Source: Eledone cirrhosa
Taxonomy: Eukaryota
DNA length: 64,000 bases
Assembly (NCBI GenBank): GCA_964016885.1
Contig: OZ024766.1
Coordinates: 14,570,001-14,634,000 of the forward strand
Direction of reading: 5' to 3'
A model generated the notes under the pieces. It had not been told where the DNA came from. It made no database searches and saw nothing but the letters and a program-made list of their open reading frames with translations. The position numbers and the translations under genes were made by a program. Numbering within the stretch: position 1 is the first letter of the stretch; every line of letters starts with the position of its first letter. Positions 10,543 to 26,129 of the stretch are shown here, in pieces.

Positions 10543-13476
10543 CAACATTAGAATTACTACTACATTTTACTTTCTATCTCTCTGCCTCTTCCACTTTTAG
10601 TCTCCATTCTTCCCACTTTCTCTCTCTCCCTCTCTCTCTGTCTCTCTCACATCTCTTTCTCTCCCTCTATCTCCCTCTCTCGATATCCCTCTCTTTCTCT
10701 CTCTCTCTGTCTCTCTCGCCCCCTCTCTCTCTATCTCTCCTCCTGTCTCTCCCATACACTTACCTAAGGTCATGTAATTTAACTGGGTGTGACTTTCTCT
10801 AAAAGTTAATACAAAGACTTGCTTTCAACTGACAGAAACATAGCTACGATGTTGCACACTCATATCATGTGTCTGTATGGCTGACTGTCTGAACTTCATA
10901 CAGAAATAAAAAACCCACACAACCAACATTCTGGGGTTGATAAAATATAATTGTTTCTAATTATATTGACTAATTATATTTACTAATAATATTGAGTAAT
11001 AATATTGACTAATTATATTGACTAATTATATTGAGTAATAATATTGAGTAATAATATTGACTAATTATATTGACTAATTATATTGACTAATTATATTGAC
11101 TAATTATATTGACTAATTATATTGACTTATATTGACTAATTATATTTACTAATAGTATTGACTAATTATATTGACTAATTATATTGAGTAATAATATTGA
11201 CTAATTATATTGATTAATTATATTGACTAATTATATTGACTAATTATATTGACTGATTATATTGACTTATTATATTGACTAATTATATTTACTAATAGTA
11301 TTGACTAATAATATTGACTAATTATATTGACTAATTATATTGACTAATTATATTGACTAATTATATTGACTGATTATATTGACTAATTATATTGACTAAT
11401 TATATTTACTAATAATAGTAACTAATTATATGAACTAATAATTGTTTCTACGTTAGGCACAAGGCCAGCAATTACCCAGTACATTACTGGTACTTTATTT
11501 TATCGACCCCGTAAGGATGAAAGGCAAAGTTAACCTCATTAACTAATTATATTGACTAATTATATTAACTAATAATATTAACTAATATTATCACCTAATA
11601 ATATTAACTAATAACATTCACTAATTATATTAACTAATAATATTAACTAATATTATCAACTAATAATATTCACTAATAATTTAAATAATTTTTACATTAG
11701 GCACAAGGCCAGCAATTACCCCAGTGTATTACTGGTACTTTATTTTATCAACCACGTAAGGATGAAAGGCAAAGTTAACCTCGGCGGGATTTGAATTAGT
11801 TAATATTATTCGGTGGATTGGCAGTATCGGTGGAGCGTCGGACGCCTTGCTTTGATGCATAGAGTTATATAATTAGTAAATATTATTAGTTAATATTATT
11901 AGTTAATATTATTAGTTAATATAATTAGTTAATATAATTAGTTAATATAATTAGTTAATATTATTAGTTAATATTATTAGTTAATATAATTAGTTAATAT
12001 AATTAGTTAATATTATTAGTTAATAGTATTAGTTAATATTACTAGTTAATATTATTTAGTTAATATTATTAGTTAATATTATTAGTCAATATAATTAGTT
12101 AATATTATTAGTTAATATAATTAGTTAATATTATTAGTTAATATTATTAGTCAATAATAATATTAATGGCAGTGGATTGGCAGTATCAGTGGAGGGTCGG
12201 ACGCCATGCTTTGATGCATAGAGTTACGGCCCTTGCCATTCTGATTTCAAATCCCACCGAGGTTAACTTTGCCTTTCATCCTTACGGGGTCGATAAAATA
12301 AAGTAGCAGTAATTCACTGGGGTAATTGTTGGCCTTGTGCCTAACGTAGAAACAATTATTAACTAATATTTCTAACTAATAATATTGATTGTTGACTAGA
12401 AATTTAGAGATTATTTTAATGGTTTCTGATTTAGATGCAAGGCCAACACATTTGGGGAAGGGGTGTTGATTGACCCCAGTGTGTTACTGGTACTTTATTT
12501 TATCAACCCAGTCAGGATGAAGGGCAAAGCTTACCTTGATGGGATTTGAACTCAGAACGTAAAGGGCCGTAACTGGGTTCAAATCCTACTGAAGTTATAG
12601 CTCTGGCTTTCATCCTAACAGGGTTGATAAAGGAAAGTACCAGTAACGTACTGGGGTTGATGAAGTAAAGTACCTGTAACGTTCTTGGGTTGATAAAGTA
12701 AGGTACCAGTAATGTACTGGGGTTGATAAAGTAAAGTACCAGTAATGTACTGGGGTTGATAAAGTAAAGTACCAGTAACGTACTGGGGTTGATAAAGTAA
12801 AGTACCAGTAATGTACTGGGGTTGATAAAGTAAAGTACCAGTAATGTACTGGGTTTGATAAAGTAAAGTATCAGTAACGTACTGGGGTTGATAAAGTAAA
12901 GTACCAGTAACGTACTGGGGTTGATAAAGTAAAGTACCAGTAATGTACGGGGGTTGATAAAGTAAAGTACCAGTAACGTACTGGGGTTGATAAAGTAAAG
13001 TACCAGTAATGTACTGGGGTTGATAAAGTAAAGTACCAGTAATGTACTGGGTTTGATAAAGTAAAGTATCAGTAACGTACTGGGGTTGATAAAGTAAAGT
13101 ACCAGTAACGTACTGGGGTTGATAAAGTAAAGTACCAGTAATGTACGGGGGTTGATAAAGTAAAGTACCAGTAACGTACTGGGGTTGATAAAGTAAAGTA
13201 CCAGTAATGTACTGGGGTTGATAAAGTAAAGTACCAGTAACGTACTGGGGTTGATAAAATAAAGTACCAGTAATGTACTGGGATTGATAAAATAAAGTAC
13301 CAGTAACGTACTGGGGTTGATAAAGTAAAGTACCAGGAATGTACTGGGGTTGATAAAGTAAAGTACCAGTAATGTACTGGGGTTGATAAAATAAAGTACC
13401 AGTAACGTACTGGGGTTGATAAAATAAAGTACCTGGACTGGTGAGAGATAAAAGCTGAGATATGAAAATAACTAAC

Positions 13477-13614
13477 CTTTCTGACAACTGTTTCCTTCAT
13501 AACCTGGAGCACATCTACCCCTTGAACAGATCCCTAATTCCACATTACACCTGTTGTTATCTTCACAATGACACACCTGATCACGGTTGGCACCAAGTCT
13601 TCCACTACTGCACA
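13477..13614 (-). CDS. EGF-like exon, copy 3 (Cys>Arg variant)
   Basis: Same splice sites. GANCDQ>GANRDQ removes one conserved cysteine. Confidence 0.82.
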
Positions 13615-15103
13615 CTGTAACAGGAAAACATTGGTGTAGATCAGGGATTGCCAACTTCTTTGCCTCCATGGGCCGGACGAACGCCATAAAAGAATAATTA
13701 TGGAAAATTACACAAGCTAAAATTTAATCTCGAGTGTTGACTATACTATTCATTTCTCAAATCTTGAATTATATTCACAAATACCTCTGAATCCTGTGAT
13801 TTCCCTCCTTGAAATGATGGAAAATGCACATAATTTTTATTTCAAAGTTGATGTTCCCACAACTGTAGCTTTTTTTCAAAGACAACAATATGGTTATACA
13901 TTTCATTTACGAGCTGTGTTTTACCTTGAAGTTGTAAATTTAAGTTATTTAACCCTTTAGCACTTACATTATTCTATATTTACTATTGTAGTTTCACAGT
14001 AAACACTTTATCTTATATCGTTATCTCACATAATATTGAATCTATGAGATTTTGATATTATTTATTTTGAGAAGAATACCTTAACGTCAGTATGAGTGGC
14101 TAGTTACAGCCGGTTTGAACAGAAAAAAGTGAGAGATTTCTGGCCGGATATGGCCGGTTTAAATGCTAAAGGGTTAAATGAGTCACAATATCCTCAATAA
14201 ATACCAAAGTTGTAACAGCAGGCCTTTTATTGTATTCGAAAGGAATAATACGTATTATTCTTTTATAATCTTTTATAATCTCTATAATTGTATTATTCTT
14301 TATCGAAAGGTTGTGAGTTCAATTCTCCGACCGGTTAATGTGTTGTTTCCTTGAGCAAGACACTTTATTTCAAATTGCTCCAGTTTACTCAGCTGTAGAA
14401 ATGAGATGATAGGGACTGGAGTCCCTATCATTCCACTGTAAAGTGGTCGTAGAGGTGCCACGGCAAAAAATCACCCAGCACTCACTGTAAATGAGGTTGG
14501 TTTTAGGAAGGGCATCAAGCTGTAGAAATCAAGCCAGAATCAGTTCCTGTCCCACTCTTGCAAGCAGGGAAAAGGGGACGTAAAATGAAATGATTTCATA
14601 ATTCAGGGGTTGATAAAATATAGTACCAGTGATATCCTGGAGTAGATTTAATAGAATAGCTTAACACACACTCACATATATATATATATCTACTAACCAA
14701 AGTATCGCGTGATCTGGTGCGTTATGGTCCACCTCGTTCCTTACCATACTTCCTACCACACACACACATATATAGATATATACTTATAAATATATACAGA
14801 ATAAGGAGCAGGTATTACAATAACCTGGGGTTCAAGGGCCCTCACCTCTTCAACAAGCTGCCAAGGAATTTGAGAGATCTGCATGGTGTGGACGTGGATG
14901 TTTTCAAGGAACATCTCGACACCCTGTTACCAGGATCCTGGATGAGCCCACAGCATGGTTCGAAGGTAACCTAAGGGCAGCAACAACGAACCCCCTCTTT
15001 GCCAAATGGCCAACCAACACAGGTTGGAGAAAGAATGTGTAACAAGGGCATGCCCCAGCATGGCCTCAACTGGATCGCTGGAACACGTTAAAAGAGTAAA
15101 AGA

Positions 15104-15136
<33 letters not shown>

Positions 15137-15331
15137 GTAGGAGGTGAGTTTTATTGTAGTACAATAAAGCAATGCAGATATCGGATAAGAAGCACTCTAC
15201 AGTTTGTAGGACTGGAGTATACATAATATAAGATCAAAAGATGGTTAAAGGAGTTCCATGTATTTTATTATGCGCATTTAAAACTGCACTATCCACAAGT
15301 GTTTTTTTAGCCTTCATATCATGTTCTCCTG

Positions 15332-15398
15332 TTTTATCTGATGAAAACACAAATATTATTGCATGATGATGTTTGTTTTTGAAATGCGCATAATAAAA
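15332..15398 (+). ncRNA. Type I hammerhead ribozyme motif, unit 3 copy
   Basis: Same core. Stem II ACAAATATTATT/GATGATGTTTGT pairs over 12 bp using G-U wobbles. Confidence 0.7.
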
Positions 15399-15755
15399 TA
15401 CATGGAACTCCTTTAACCATCTTTTGATCTTATATTATATATACATATATATATATTTATATTTATATTTCTGGCTATTTCTGGCTGTCGATGGTCCTAT
15501 TCAGGCCACTGGGATGACGTTGTTCAACGAGTGTATTTTAAAAAAAATGCAACAAGTGGTTCAAATCATTCGCAGATTTGCATTTGCTGTGTAAACGCAG
15601 ATGGTTATTTTTCTTCTCATTTGGTGAACATCCAAGAATTTAACTGCTGTGATTTACGGATTAATAGGTGAAATATATTTCTTACTTAAAGAGCCAGGAA
15701 CCCAACGGCTGAGCTCCGGCCAGAGATCAGCAGTTGGGGTCCTGACTCTTTTCCT

Positions 15756-15798
<43 letters not shown>

Positions 15799-18700
15799 AC
15801 GAAGGAAATGTGGTAAGGAACCAGGTGGACCATAACGCACCAAAGTACTCAATACTTGAGGTAGTAGAGTGGGTAATAGGAACCTTATTATATATTTATA
15901 TATATATATATATAAATAATATATTAATAAATGGAAACTATATTTATAAAACCATATTTATTTTATTATACATATTTCAAGGGCAACCAAGGCAAACTGT
16001 TGAGTGCTTTATATCAGTTATAAAAATGTTTAAGCTTATTGAATCCCAACAAATTAAATATAACCTCTGCATATATATATATTTATATATATATATATAA
16101 ATTTATATAATACAACATTAGAATTACTACTACATTTTACTTTCTATCTCTGTCTCTCACATCTCTTTCTCTCCCTCTATCTCCCTCTCTCGATATCCCT
16201 CTCTTTCTCTCACCCCCCTCTCTCTCTCTATCTCTCTCTATCTCTCCTCTTGTCTCTCCCATACACTTACCTAAGGTCATGTAATTTAACTGGGTGTGAC
16301 TTTCTCAAAAGTTAATACAAAGACTTGCTTTCAACTGACAGAAACATAGCTACAATGTTGCACACTCATATCATGTGTCTGTATGGCTGACTGCCTGAAC
16401 TTCATACAGAAATAAAAAACCCCACACAACCAACATTCTGGGGTTGATAAAATATAATTGTTTCTAATTATATTGACTAATTATATTTACGAATAATATT
16501 GACTAATAATATTGACTAATTATATTGACTAATTATATTTACTAATAATATTGACTAATAATATTGACTAATTATATTGACTAATTATATTGACTAATTA
16601 TATTTACTAATAATATTGACTAATAATATTGACTAATTATATTTACTAATAATATTGACTAATAATATTGACTTATTATATTGACTAATTATATTGACTA
16701 ATTATATTGACTAATTATATTGACTAATTATATTTACTAATAATATTGACTAATTATATTTACTAATAATATTGACTAATAATATTGACTAATTATATTG
16801 ACTAATTATATTGACTAATTATATTGACTAATTATATTGACTAATTATATTTACTAATAATATTGACTAATTATATTTACTAATAATATTGACTAATTAT
16901 ATTGACTAATTATATTGACTAATTATATTGACTAATTATATTTACTAATAATATTGACTAATAATATTGACTAATTATATTGACTAATTATATTTACTAA
17001 TTATATTGACTAATTATATTGACTAATTATATTGACTAATTATATTTACTAATAATATTGACTAATTATATTGACTAATTATATTTACTAATAATATTGA
17101 CTAATAATATTGACTAATAATATTGACTAATTATATTGACTAATTATATTTACTAATTATATTGACTAATTATATTGACTAATTATATTGACTAATTATA
17201 TTGACTAATTATATTTACTAATAATAGTAACTAATTATATGAACTAATAATTATTTCTACATTAGCCACAAGGCCAGCAATTACCCAGTACATTACTGGT
17301 ACTTTATTTTATCGACCCCGTAAGGATGAAAGGCAAAGTTAACCTCATTAACTAATTATATTGACTAATAATATTAACTAATTATATTGACTAATTATAT
17401 TAACTAATAATATTAACTAATATTATCACCTAATAATATTAACTAATAACATTCACTAATTATATTAACTAATAATATTAACTAATATTATCAACTAATA
17501 ATATTCACTAATAATTTAAATAATTTTTACATTAGGCACAAGGCCAGCAATTACCCCAGTGTATTACTGGTACTTTATTTTATCAACCCCGTAAGGATGA
17601 AAGGCAAAGTTAACCTCGGCGGGATTTGAATTAGTTAATATTATTCGGTGGATTGTCAGTATCGGTGGAGCGTCGGACGCCATGCTTTGATGCATAGTTA
17701 TATAATTAGTAAATATTATTAGTTAATATTATTAGTTAATATAATTAGTTAATATTATTAGTTAATATTATTAGTTAATATTATTAGTTAATATTATTAG
17801 TTAATATTATTAGTTAATATTATTTAGTTAATATTATTAGTTAATATTATTAGTCAATATAATTAGTTAATATTATTAGTTAATATAATTAGTTAATATT
17901 ATTAGTTAATATTATTAGTCAATAATAATATTAATGGCAGTGGATTGGCAGTATCAGTGGAGGGTCGGACGCCATGCTTTGATGCATAGAGTTACGGCCC
18001 TTGCCATTCTGAGTTCAAATCCCACCGAGGTTAACTTTGCCTTTCATCCTTACGGAGTCGATAAAATAAAGTAGCAGTAATTCACTGGGGTAATTGCTGG
18101 CCTTGTGCCTAACGTAGAAACAATTATTAACTAATATTACTAACTAATAATATTGATTGTTGACTAGAAATTTAGAGATTATTTTAATGGTTTCTGATTT
18201 AGATGCAAGGCCAACACATTTGGGGAAGGGGTGTTGATTGACCCCAGTGTGTTACTGGTACTTTATTTTATCAACCCAGTAAGGATGAAGGGCAAAGCTT
18301 ACCTTGATGGGATTTGAACTCAGAACGTAAAGGGCCGTAACTGGGTTCAAATCCTACTGAAGTTATAGCTCTGGCTTTCATCCTTACAGGGTTGATAAAG
18401 TAAAGTACCAGTAACGTACTGGGGTTGATAAAGTAAAGTACCTGTAAGGTTCTTGGGTTGATAAAGTAAGGTACCAGTAATGTACTGGGGTTGATAAAGT
18501 AAAGTACCAGTAATGTACTGGGGTTGATAAAGTAAAGTACCAGTAACGTACTGGAGTTGATAAAGTAAAGTACCTGTAAGGTTCTTGGGTTGATAAAGTA
18601 AAGTACCAGTAACGTACTGGGGTTGATAAAGTAAAGTACCAGTAACGTACTGGGGTTGATAAAGTAAAGTACCAGTAATGTACTGGGGTTGATAAAATAA

Positions 18701-19112
18701 AGTACCAGTAACGTACTGGGGTTGATAAAGTAAAGTACCAGTAATATACTGTGGTTGATAAAGTAAAGTACCAGTAACGTACTGGGGTTGATAAAATAAA
18801 GTACCAGTAACCTACTGGAGTTGATAAAGTAAAGTACCAGTAATGTACGGGGGTTGATAAAGTAAAGTACCAGTAACGTACTGGGGTTGATAAAGTAAAG
18901 TACCAGTAATGTACTGGGGTTGATAAAGTAAAGTACCGGTAATGTACTGGGGTTGATAAAGTAAAGTACCAGTAACGTACTGGGGTTGATAAAATAAAGT
19001 ACCAGTAACGTACTGGGGTTGATAAAGTAAACTACCAGTAATGTACTGGGGTTGATAAAATAAAGTACCTTGACTGGTGAGAGATAAAAGCTGAGATATG
19101 AAAATAACTAAC

Positions 19113-19250
19113 CTTTCTGACAACTGTTTCCTTCATAACCTGGAGCACATCTACCCCTTGAACAGATCCCTAATTCCACATTACACCTGTTGTTATCTTC
19201 ACAATGACACACCTGATCACAGTTGGCACCAAGTCTTCCACTACTGCACA
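19113..19250 (-). CDS. EGF-like exon, copy 4
   Basis: Same splice sites and peptide as copy 1. Confidence 0.88.
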
Positions 19251-21072
19251 CTGTAACAGGAAAACATTGGTGTAGATCAGGGATTGGCAACTTCTTTGCC
19301 TCCATGGGCCGGACGAACGCCATAAAAGAATAATTATGGAAAATTACACAAGCTAAAATTTTTATCTCGAGTGTCGACTATACTATTCATTTCTCAAATC
19401 TTGAATTATATTCACAAATACCTCTGAATCCTGTGATTTCCCTCCTTGAAATGATGGAAAATGCACATAATTTTTATTTCAAAGTTGATGTTCCCACAAC
19501 TGTAGCTTTTTTTCAAAGGCAACAATATGGTTATACATTTCATTTACGAGCTGAGTTTTACCTTGAAGTTGTAAATTTAAGTTATTTAACCCTTTAGCAC
19601 TTACATTATTCTATATTTACTATTGTAGTTTCACAGTAAACACTTTATCTTATATAGTTATCTCACATAATATTGAATCTATGAGATTTTGATATTATTT
19701 ATTTTGAGAAGAATACCTTAACGTCAGTATGAATGGCTAGTTACAGCCGGTTTGAACAGAAAAAAGTGAGAGATTTCTGGCCGGATATGGCCGGTTTAAA
19801 TGCTAAAGGGTTAAACGAGTCACAATATCCTCAATAAATACCAAAGTTGTAACAGCAGGCCTTTTATTGTATTCGAAAGGAATAATACGTATTATTCTTT
19901 TAAAATCTTTTATAATCTCTATAATTGTATTATTCTTTATCGAAAGGTTGTGAGTTCAATTCTCCGACCGGGTAATGTGTTGTTTCCTTGAGCAAACACT
20001 TTATTTCAAATTGCTCCAGTTTACTCAGCTGTAGAAATGAGATGATAGGGACTGGGGTCCCTATCATTCCACTGTAAAGTGGTCGTAGAGGTGCCACGGC
20101 AAAAAATCACCCAGCACTCACTGTAAATGAGGTTGGTTTTAGGAAGGGCATCAAGCTGTAGAAATCAAGCCAGAATCAGTTCCTGTCCCACTCTTGCAAG
20201 CAGGGAAAAGGGGACGTAAAATGAAATGATTTCATAATTCAGGGGTTGATAAAATATAGTACCAGTGATATCCTGGAGTAGATTTAATAGAATAGCTTAA
20301 CACACACTCACATATATATATATATCTACTAACCAAAGTATCGCGTGATCTGGTGCGTTATGGTCCACCTCGTTCCTTACCATACTTCCTACCACACACA
20401 CACACACACATATATAGATATATACTTATAAATATATACAGAATAAGGAGCAGGTATTACAATAACCTGGGGTTCAAGGGCCCTCACCTCTTCAACAAGC
20501 TGCCAAGGAATTTGAGAGATCTGCATGGTGTGGACGTGGATGTTTTCAAGGAACATCTCGACACCCTGTTACCAGGATCCTGGATGAGCCCACAGCATGG
20601 TTCGAAGGTAACCTAAGGGCAGCAACAACGAACCCCCTCTTTGCCGAATGGCCAACCAACACAGGTTGGAGAAAGAATGTGTAACAAGGGCATGCCCCAG
20701 CATGGCCTCAACTGGATCGCTGGAACACGTTAAAAGAGTAAAAGAGAATATATATATATACATATATATATATTTATATTTATATTTCTGGCTATTTCTG
20801 GCTGTCGATGGTCCTATTCAGGCCACTGGGATGACGTTGTTCAACGAGTGTATTTTTAAAAAAATGCAACACGTGGTTCAAATCATTCGCAGATTTGCAT
20901 TTGCTGTGTAAACGCAGATGGTTATTTTTCTTCTCATTTGGTGAACATCCAAGAATTTAACTGCTGTGATTTACGGATTAATAGGTGAAATATATTTCTT
21001 ACTTAAAGAGCCAGGAACCCAACGGCTGAGCTCCGGCCAGAGATCAGCAGTTGGGGTCCTGACTCTTTTCCT

Positions 21073-21105
<33 letters not shown>

Positions 21106-21258
21106 AATAATATATTAATAAATGGAAACTATATTTATAAAACCATATTTATTTTATTATACATATTTCAAGGGCAACCAAGGCAAACTGTTGAGTGCTT
21201 TATATCAGTTATAAAAATGTTTAAGCTTATTGAATCCCAACAAATTAAATATAACCTC

Positions 21259-21303
<45 letters not shown>

Positions 21304-23768
21304 ATAAATATATATAATACAACATTAGAATTACTACTACATTTTACTTTCTATCTCTGTCTCTCACATCTCTTTCTCTCCCTCTATCTCCCTCTCTCGA
21401 TATCCCTCTCTTTCTCTCACCCCCCTCTCTCTCTCTATCTCTCTCTATCTCTCCTCCTGTCTCTCCCATACACTTACCTAAGGTCATGTAATTTAACTGG
21501 GTGTGACTTTCTCAAAAGTTAATACAAAGACTTGCTTTCAACTGACAGAAACATAGCTACAATGTTGCACACTCATATCATGTGTCTGTATGGCTGACTG
21601 CCTGAACTTCATACAGAAATAAAAAACCCCACACAACCAACATTCTGGGGTTGATAAAATATAATTGTTTCTAATTATATTGACTAATTATATTTACGAA
21701 TAATATTGACTAATAATATTGACTAATTATATTGACTAATTATATTTACTAATAATATTGACTAATAATATTGACTAATTATATTGACTAATTATATTGA
21801 CTAATTATATTGACTAATTATATTTACTAATAATATTGACTAATAATATTGACTAATTATATTTACTAATAATATTGACTAATAATATTGACTTATTATA
21901 TTGACTAATTATATTGACTAATTATATTGACTAATTATATTGACTAATTATATTTACTAATAATATTGACTAATTATATTTACTAATAATATTGACTAAT
22001 TATATTGACTAATTATATTGACTAATTATATTGACTAATTATATTTACTAATAATATTGACTAATAATATTGACTAATTATATTGACTAATTATATTGAC
22101 TAATTATATTTACTAATAATATTGACTAATAATATTGACTAATTATATTGACGAATTATATTGACTAATTATATTTACTAATTATATTGACTAATTATAT
22201 TGACTAATTATATTGACGAATTATATTGACTAATTATATTTACTAATTATATTGACTAATTATATTGACTAATAATATTAACTAATAATATTAACTAAAT
22301 AATATTAACTATCAAGGGCGGTGGATTGGCAGTATCGGTATAAGGTCGGACGCCGTGCTTTCCAGCATAGTTACGTCCCTTTACGATCTGAGTTCAAATC
22401 CCGCCGAGGTAGACTTTGCCTTTCATCCTTACGGGGTCGATAAAATAAAGTACCAGTTATGCACTGGGTAATTGCTGGCCTTGTGCCTAAAGTAGAAACA
22501 ATTATTAGTAAATATAATTAGTTAATATTATTAGTTAATATAATTAGTTAATATTATTAGTTAATATTATTAGTCAATAATAATATTAATGGCAGTGGAT
22601 TGGCAGTATCAGTGGAGGTCGGACGCCATGCTTTGATGCATAGAGTTACGGCCCTTGCCATTCTGAGTTCAAATCCCACCGAGGTTAACTTTGCCTTTCA
22701 TCCTTACGGGGTCGATAAAATAAAGTAGCAGTAATACACTGGGGTAATTGCTGGCCTTGTGCCTAACGTAGAAACAATTATTAACTAATATTTCTAACTA
22801 ATAATATTGATTGTTGACTAGAAATTTAGAGATTATTTTAATGGTTTCTGATTTAGATGCAAGGCCAACACATTTGGGGAAGGGGTGTTGATTGACCCCA
22901 GTGTGTTACTGGTACTTTATTTTATCAACCCAGTAAGGATGAAAGGCAAAGCTTACCTTGATGGGATTTGAACTCAGAACGTAAAGGGCCGTAACTGGGT
23001 TCAAATCCTACTGAAGTTATAGCTCTGGCTTTCATCCTAACAGGGTTGATAAAGTAAAGTACCAGTAACGTACTGGGGTTGATAAAGTAAAGTACCTGTA
23101 ACGTTCTTGGGTTGATAAAGTAAGGTACCAGTAATGTACTGGGGTTGATAAAGTAAAGTACCAGTAATGTACTGGGTTTGATAAAGTAAAGTACCAGTAA
23201 CGTACTGGGGTTGATAAAGTAAAGTACCAGTAATGTACGGGGGGTTGATAAAGTAAGGTACCAGTAATGTACTGGGGTTGATAAAGTAAAGTACCAGTAA
23301 TGTACTGGGGTTGATAAGGTAAAGTACCTGTAACGTTCTTGGGTTGATAAAGTAAGGTACCAGTAATGTACTGGGGTTGATAAAGTAAAGTACCAGTAAT
23401 GTACTGGGGTTGATAAAGTAAAGTATCAGTAACGTACTGGGGTTGATAAAGTAAAGTACCAGTAACGTACTGGAGTTGATAAAGTAAAGTACCAGTAATG
23501 TACGGGGGGTTGATAAAGTAAAGTACCAGTAACGTACTGGGGTTGATAAAGTAAAGTACCAGTAATGTACTGGGGTTGATAAAGTAAAGTACCAGTAACG
23601 TACTGGTGTTGATAAAGTAAAGTACCAGTAAAGTACTGGGGTTGACAAAATAAAGTACCAGTAATGTACTGGGATTGATAAAATAAAGTACCAGTAATGT
23701 ACTGGGGTTGATAAAATAAAGTACCTGGAATGGTGAGAGATAAAAGCTGAGATATGAAAATAACTAAC

Positions 23769-23906
23769 CTTTCTGACAACTGTTTCCTTCATAACCTGGA
23801 GCACATCTACCCCTTGAACAGATCCCTAATTCCACATTACACCTGTTGTTATCTTCACAATGACACACCTGATCACAGTTGGCACCAAGTCTTCCACTAC
23901 TGCACA
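23769..23906 (-). CDS. EGF-like exon, copy 5
   Basis: Same splice sites and peptide as copy 1. Confidence 0.88.
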
Positions 23907-25623
23907 CTGTAACAGGAAAACATTGGTGTAGATCAGGGATTGCCAACTTCTTTGCCTCCATGGGCCGGACGAACGCCATAAAAGAATAATTATGGAAAAT
24001 TACACAAGCTAAAATTTAATCTCGAGTGTTGACTATACTATTCATTTCTCAAATCTTGAATTATATTCACAAATACCTCTGAATCCTGTGATTTCCCTCC
24101 TTGAAATGATGGAAAATGCACATAATTTTTATTTCAAAGTTGATGTTCCCACAACTGTAGCTTTTTTTCAAAGGCAACAATATGGTTATACATTTCATTT
24201 ACGAGCTGAGTTTTACCTTGAAGTTGTAAATTTAAGTTATTTAACCCTTTAGCACTTACATTACTCTATATTTACTATTGTAATGTCACAGTAAACACTT
24301 TATCTTATATAGTTATCTCACATAATATTGAATCTATGAGATTTTGATATTATTTATTTTGAGAAGAATACCTTAACGTCAGTATGAGTGGCTAGTTACA
24401 GCCGGTTTGAACAGAAAAAAGTGAGAGATTTCTGGCCGGATATGGCCGGTTTAAATGCTAAAGGGTTAAACGATTCACAATATCCTCAATAAATACCAAA
24501 GTTGTAACAGCAGGCCTTTTATTGTATTCGAAAGGAATAATACGTATTATTCTTTTATAATCTTTTATAATCTCTATAATTGTATTATTCTTTATCGAAA
24601 GGTTGTGAGTTCAATTCTCCGACCGGTTAATGTGTTGTTTCCTTGAGCAAGACACTTTATTTCAAATTGCTCCAGTTTACTCAGCTGTAGAAATGAGATG
24701 ATAGGGACTGGGGTCCCTATCATTCCACTGTAAAGTGGTCCTAGAGGGGCCACGGCAAAAAATCACCCAGCACTCACTGTAAATGAGGTTGGTTTTAGGA
24801 AGGGCATCAAGCTGTAGAAATCAAGCCAGAATCAGTTCCTGTCCCACTCTTGCAAGCAGGGAAAAGGGGACGTAAAATGAAATGATTTCATAATTCAGGG
24901 GTTGATAAAATATAGTACCAGTGATATCCTGGGGTAGATTTAATAGAATAGCTTAACACGCACTCACATATATATATATCTACTAACCAAAGTATCGCGT
25001 GATCTGGTGCGTTATGGTCCACCTCGTTCCTTACCATACTTCCTACCACACACACACACACACACATATATAGATATATACTTATAAATATATACAGAAT
25101 AAGGAGCAGGTATTACAATAACCTGGGGTTCAAGGGCCCTCACCTCTTCAACAAGCTGCCAAGGAATTTGAGAGATCTGCATGGTGTGGACGTGGATGTT
25201 TTCAAGGAACATCTCGACACCCTGTTACCAGGATCCTGGATGAGCCCACAGCATGGTTCGAAGGTAACCTAAGGGCAGCAACAACGAACCCCCTCTTTGC
25301 CGAATGGCCAACCAACACAGGTTGGAGAAAGAATGTGTAACAAGAGCATGCCCCAGCATGGCCTCAACTGGATCGCTGGAACACGTTAAAAGAGTAAAAG
25401 AGAATATATATATATATATACATATAATGTAGGAGGTGAGTTTTATTGTGGTACAATAAAGCAATGCAGATATCGGATAAGAAGCACTCTACAGTTTGTA
25501 GGACTGGAGTATACATAATATAAGATCAAAAGATGGTTAAAGGAGTTCCATGTATTTTATTATGCGCATTTAAAACTGCACTATCCACAAGTGTTTTTTT
25601 AGCCTTCATATCATGTTCTCCTG

Positions 25624-25690
25624 TTTTATCTGATGAAAACACAAATATTATTGCATGATGATGTTTGTTTTTGAAATGCGCATAATAAAA
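25624..25690 (+). ncRNA. Type I hammerhead ribozyme motif, unit 5 copy
   Basis: Same sequence as the unit 3 copy. Confidence 0.7.
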
Positions 25691-26047
25691 TACATGGAAC
25701 TCCTTTAACCATCTTTTGATCTTATATTATATATACATATATATATATTTATATTTATATTTCTGGCTATTTCTGGCTGTCGATGGTCCTATTCAGGCCA
25801 CTGGGATGACGTTGTTCAACGAGTGTATTTTTAAAAAAATGCAACAAGTGGTTCAAATCATTCGCAGATTTGCATTTGCTGTGTAAACGCAGATGGTTAT
25901 TTTTCTTCTCATTTGGTGAACATCCAAGAATTTAACTGCTGTGATTTACGGATTAATAGGTGAAATATATTTCTTACTTAAAGAGCCAGGAACCCAACGG
26001 CTGAGCTCCGGCCAGAGATCAGCAGTTGGGGTCCTGACTCTTTTCCT

Positions 26048-26129
<82 letters not shown>

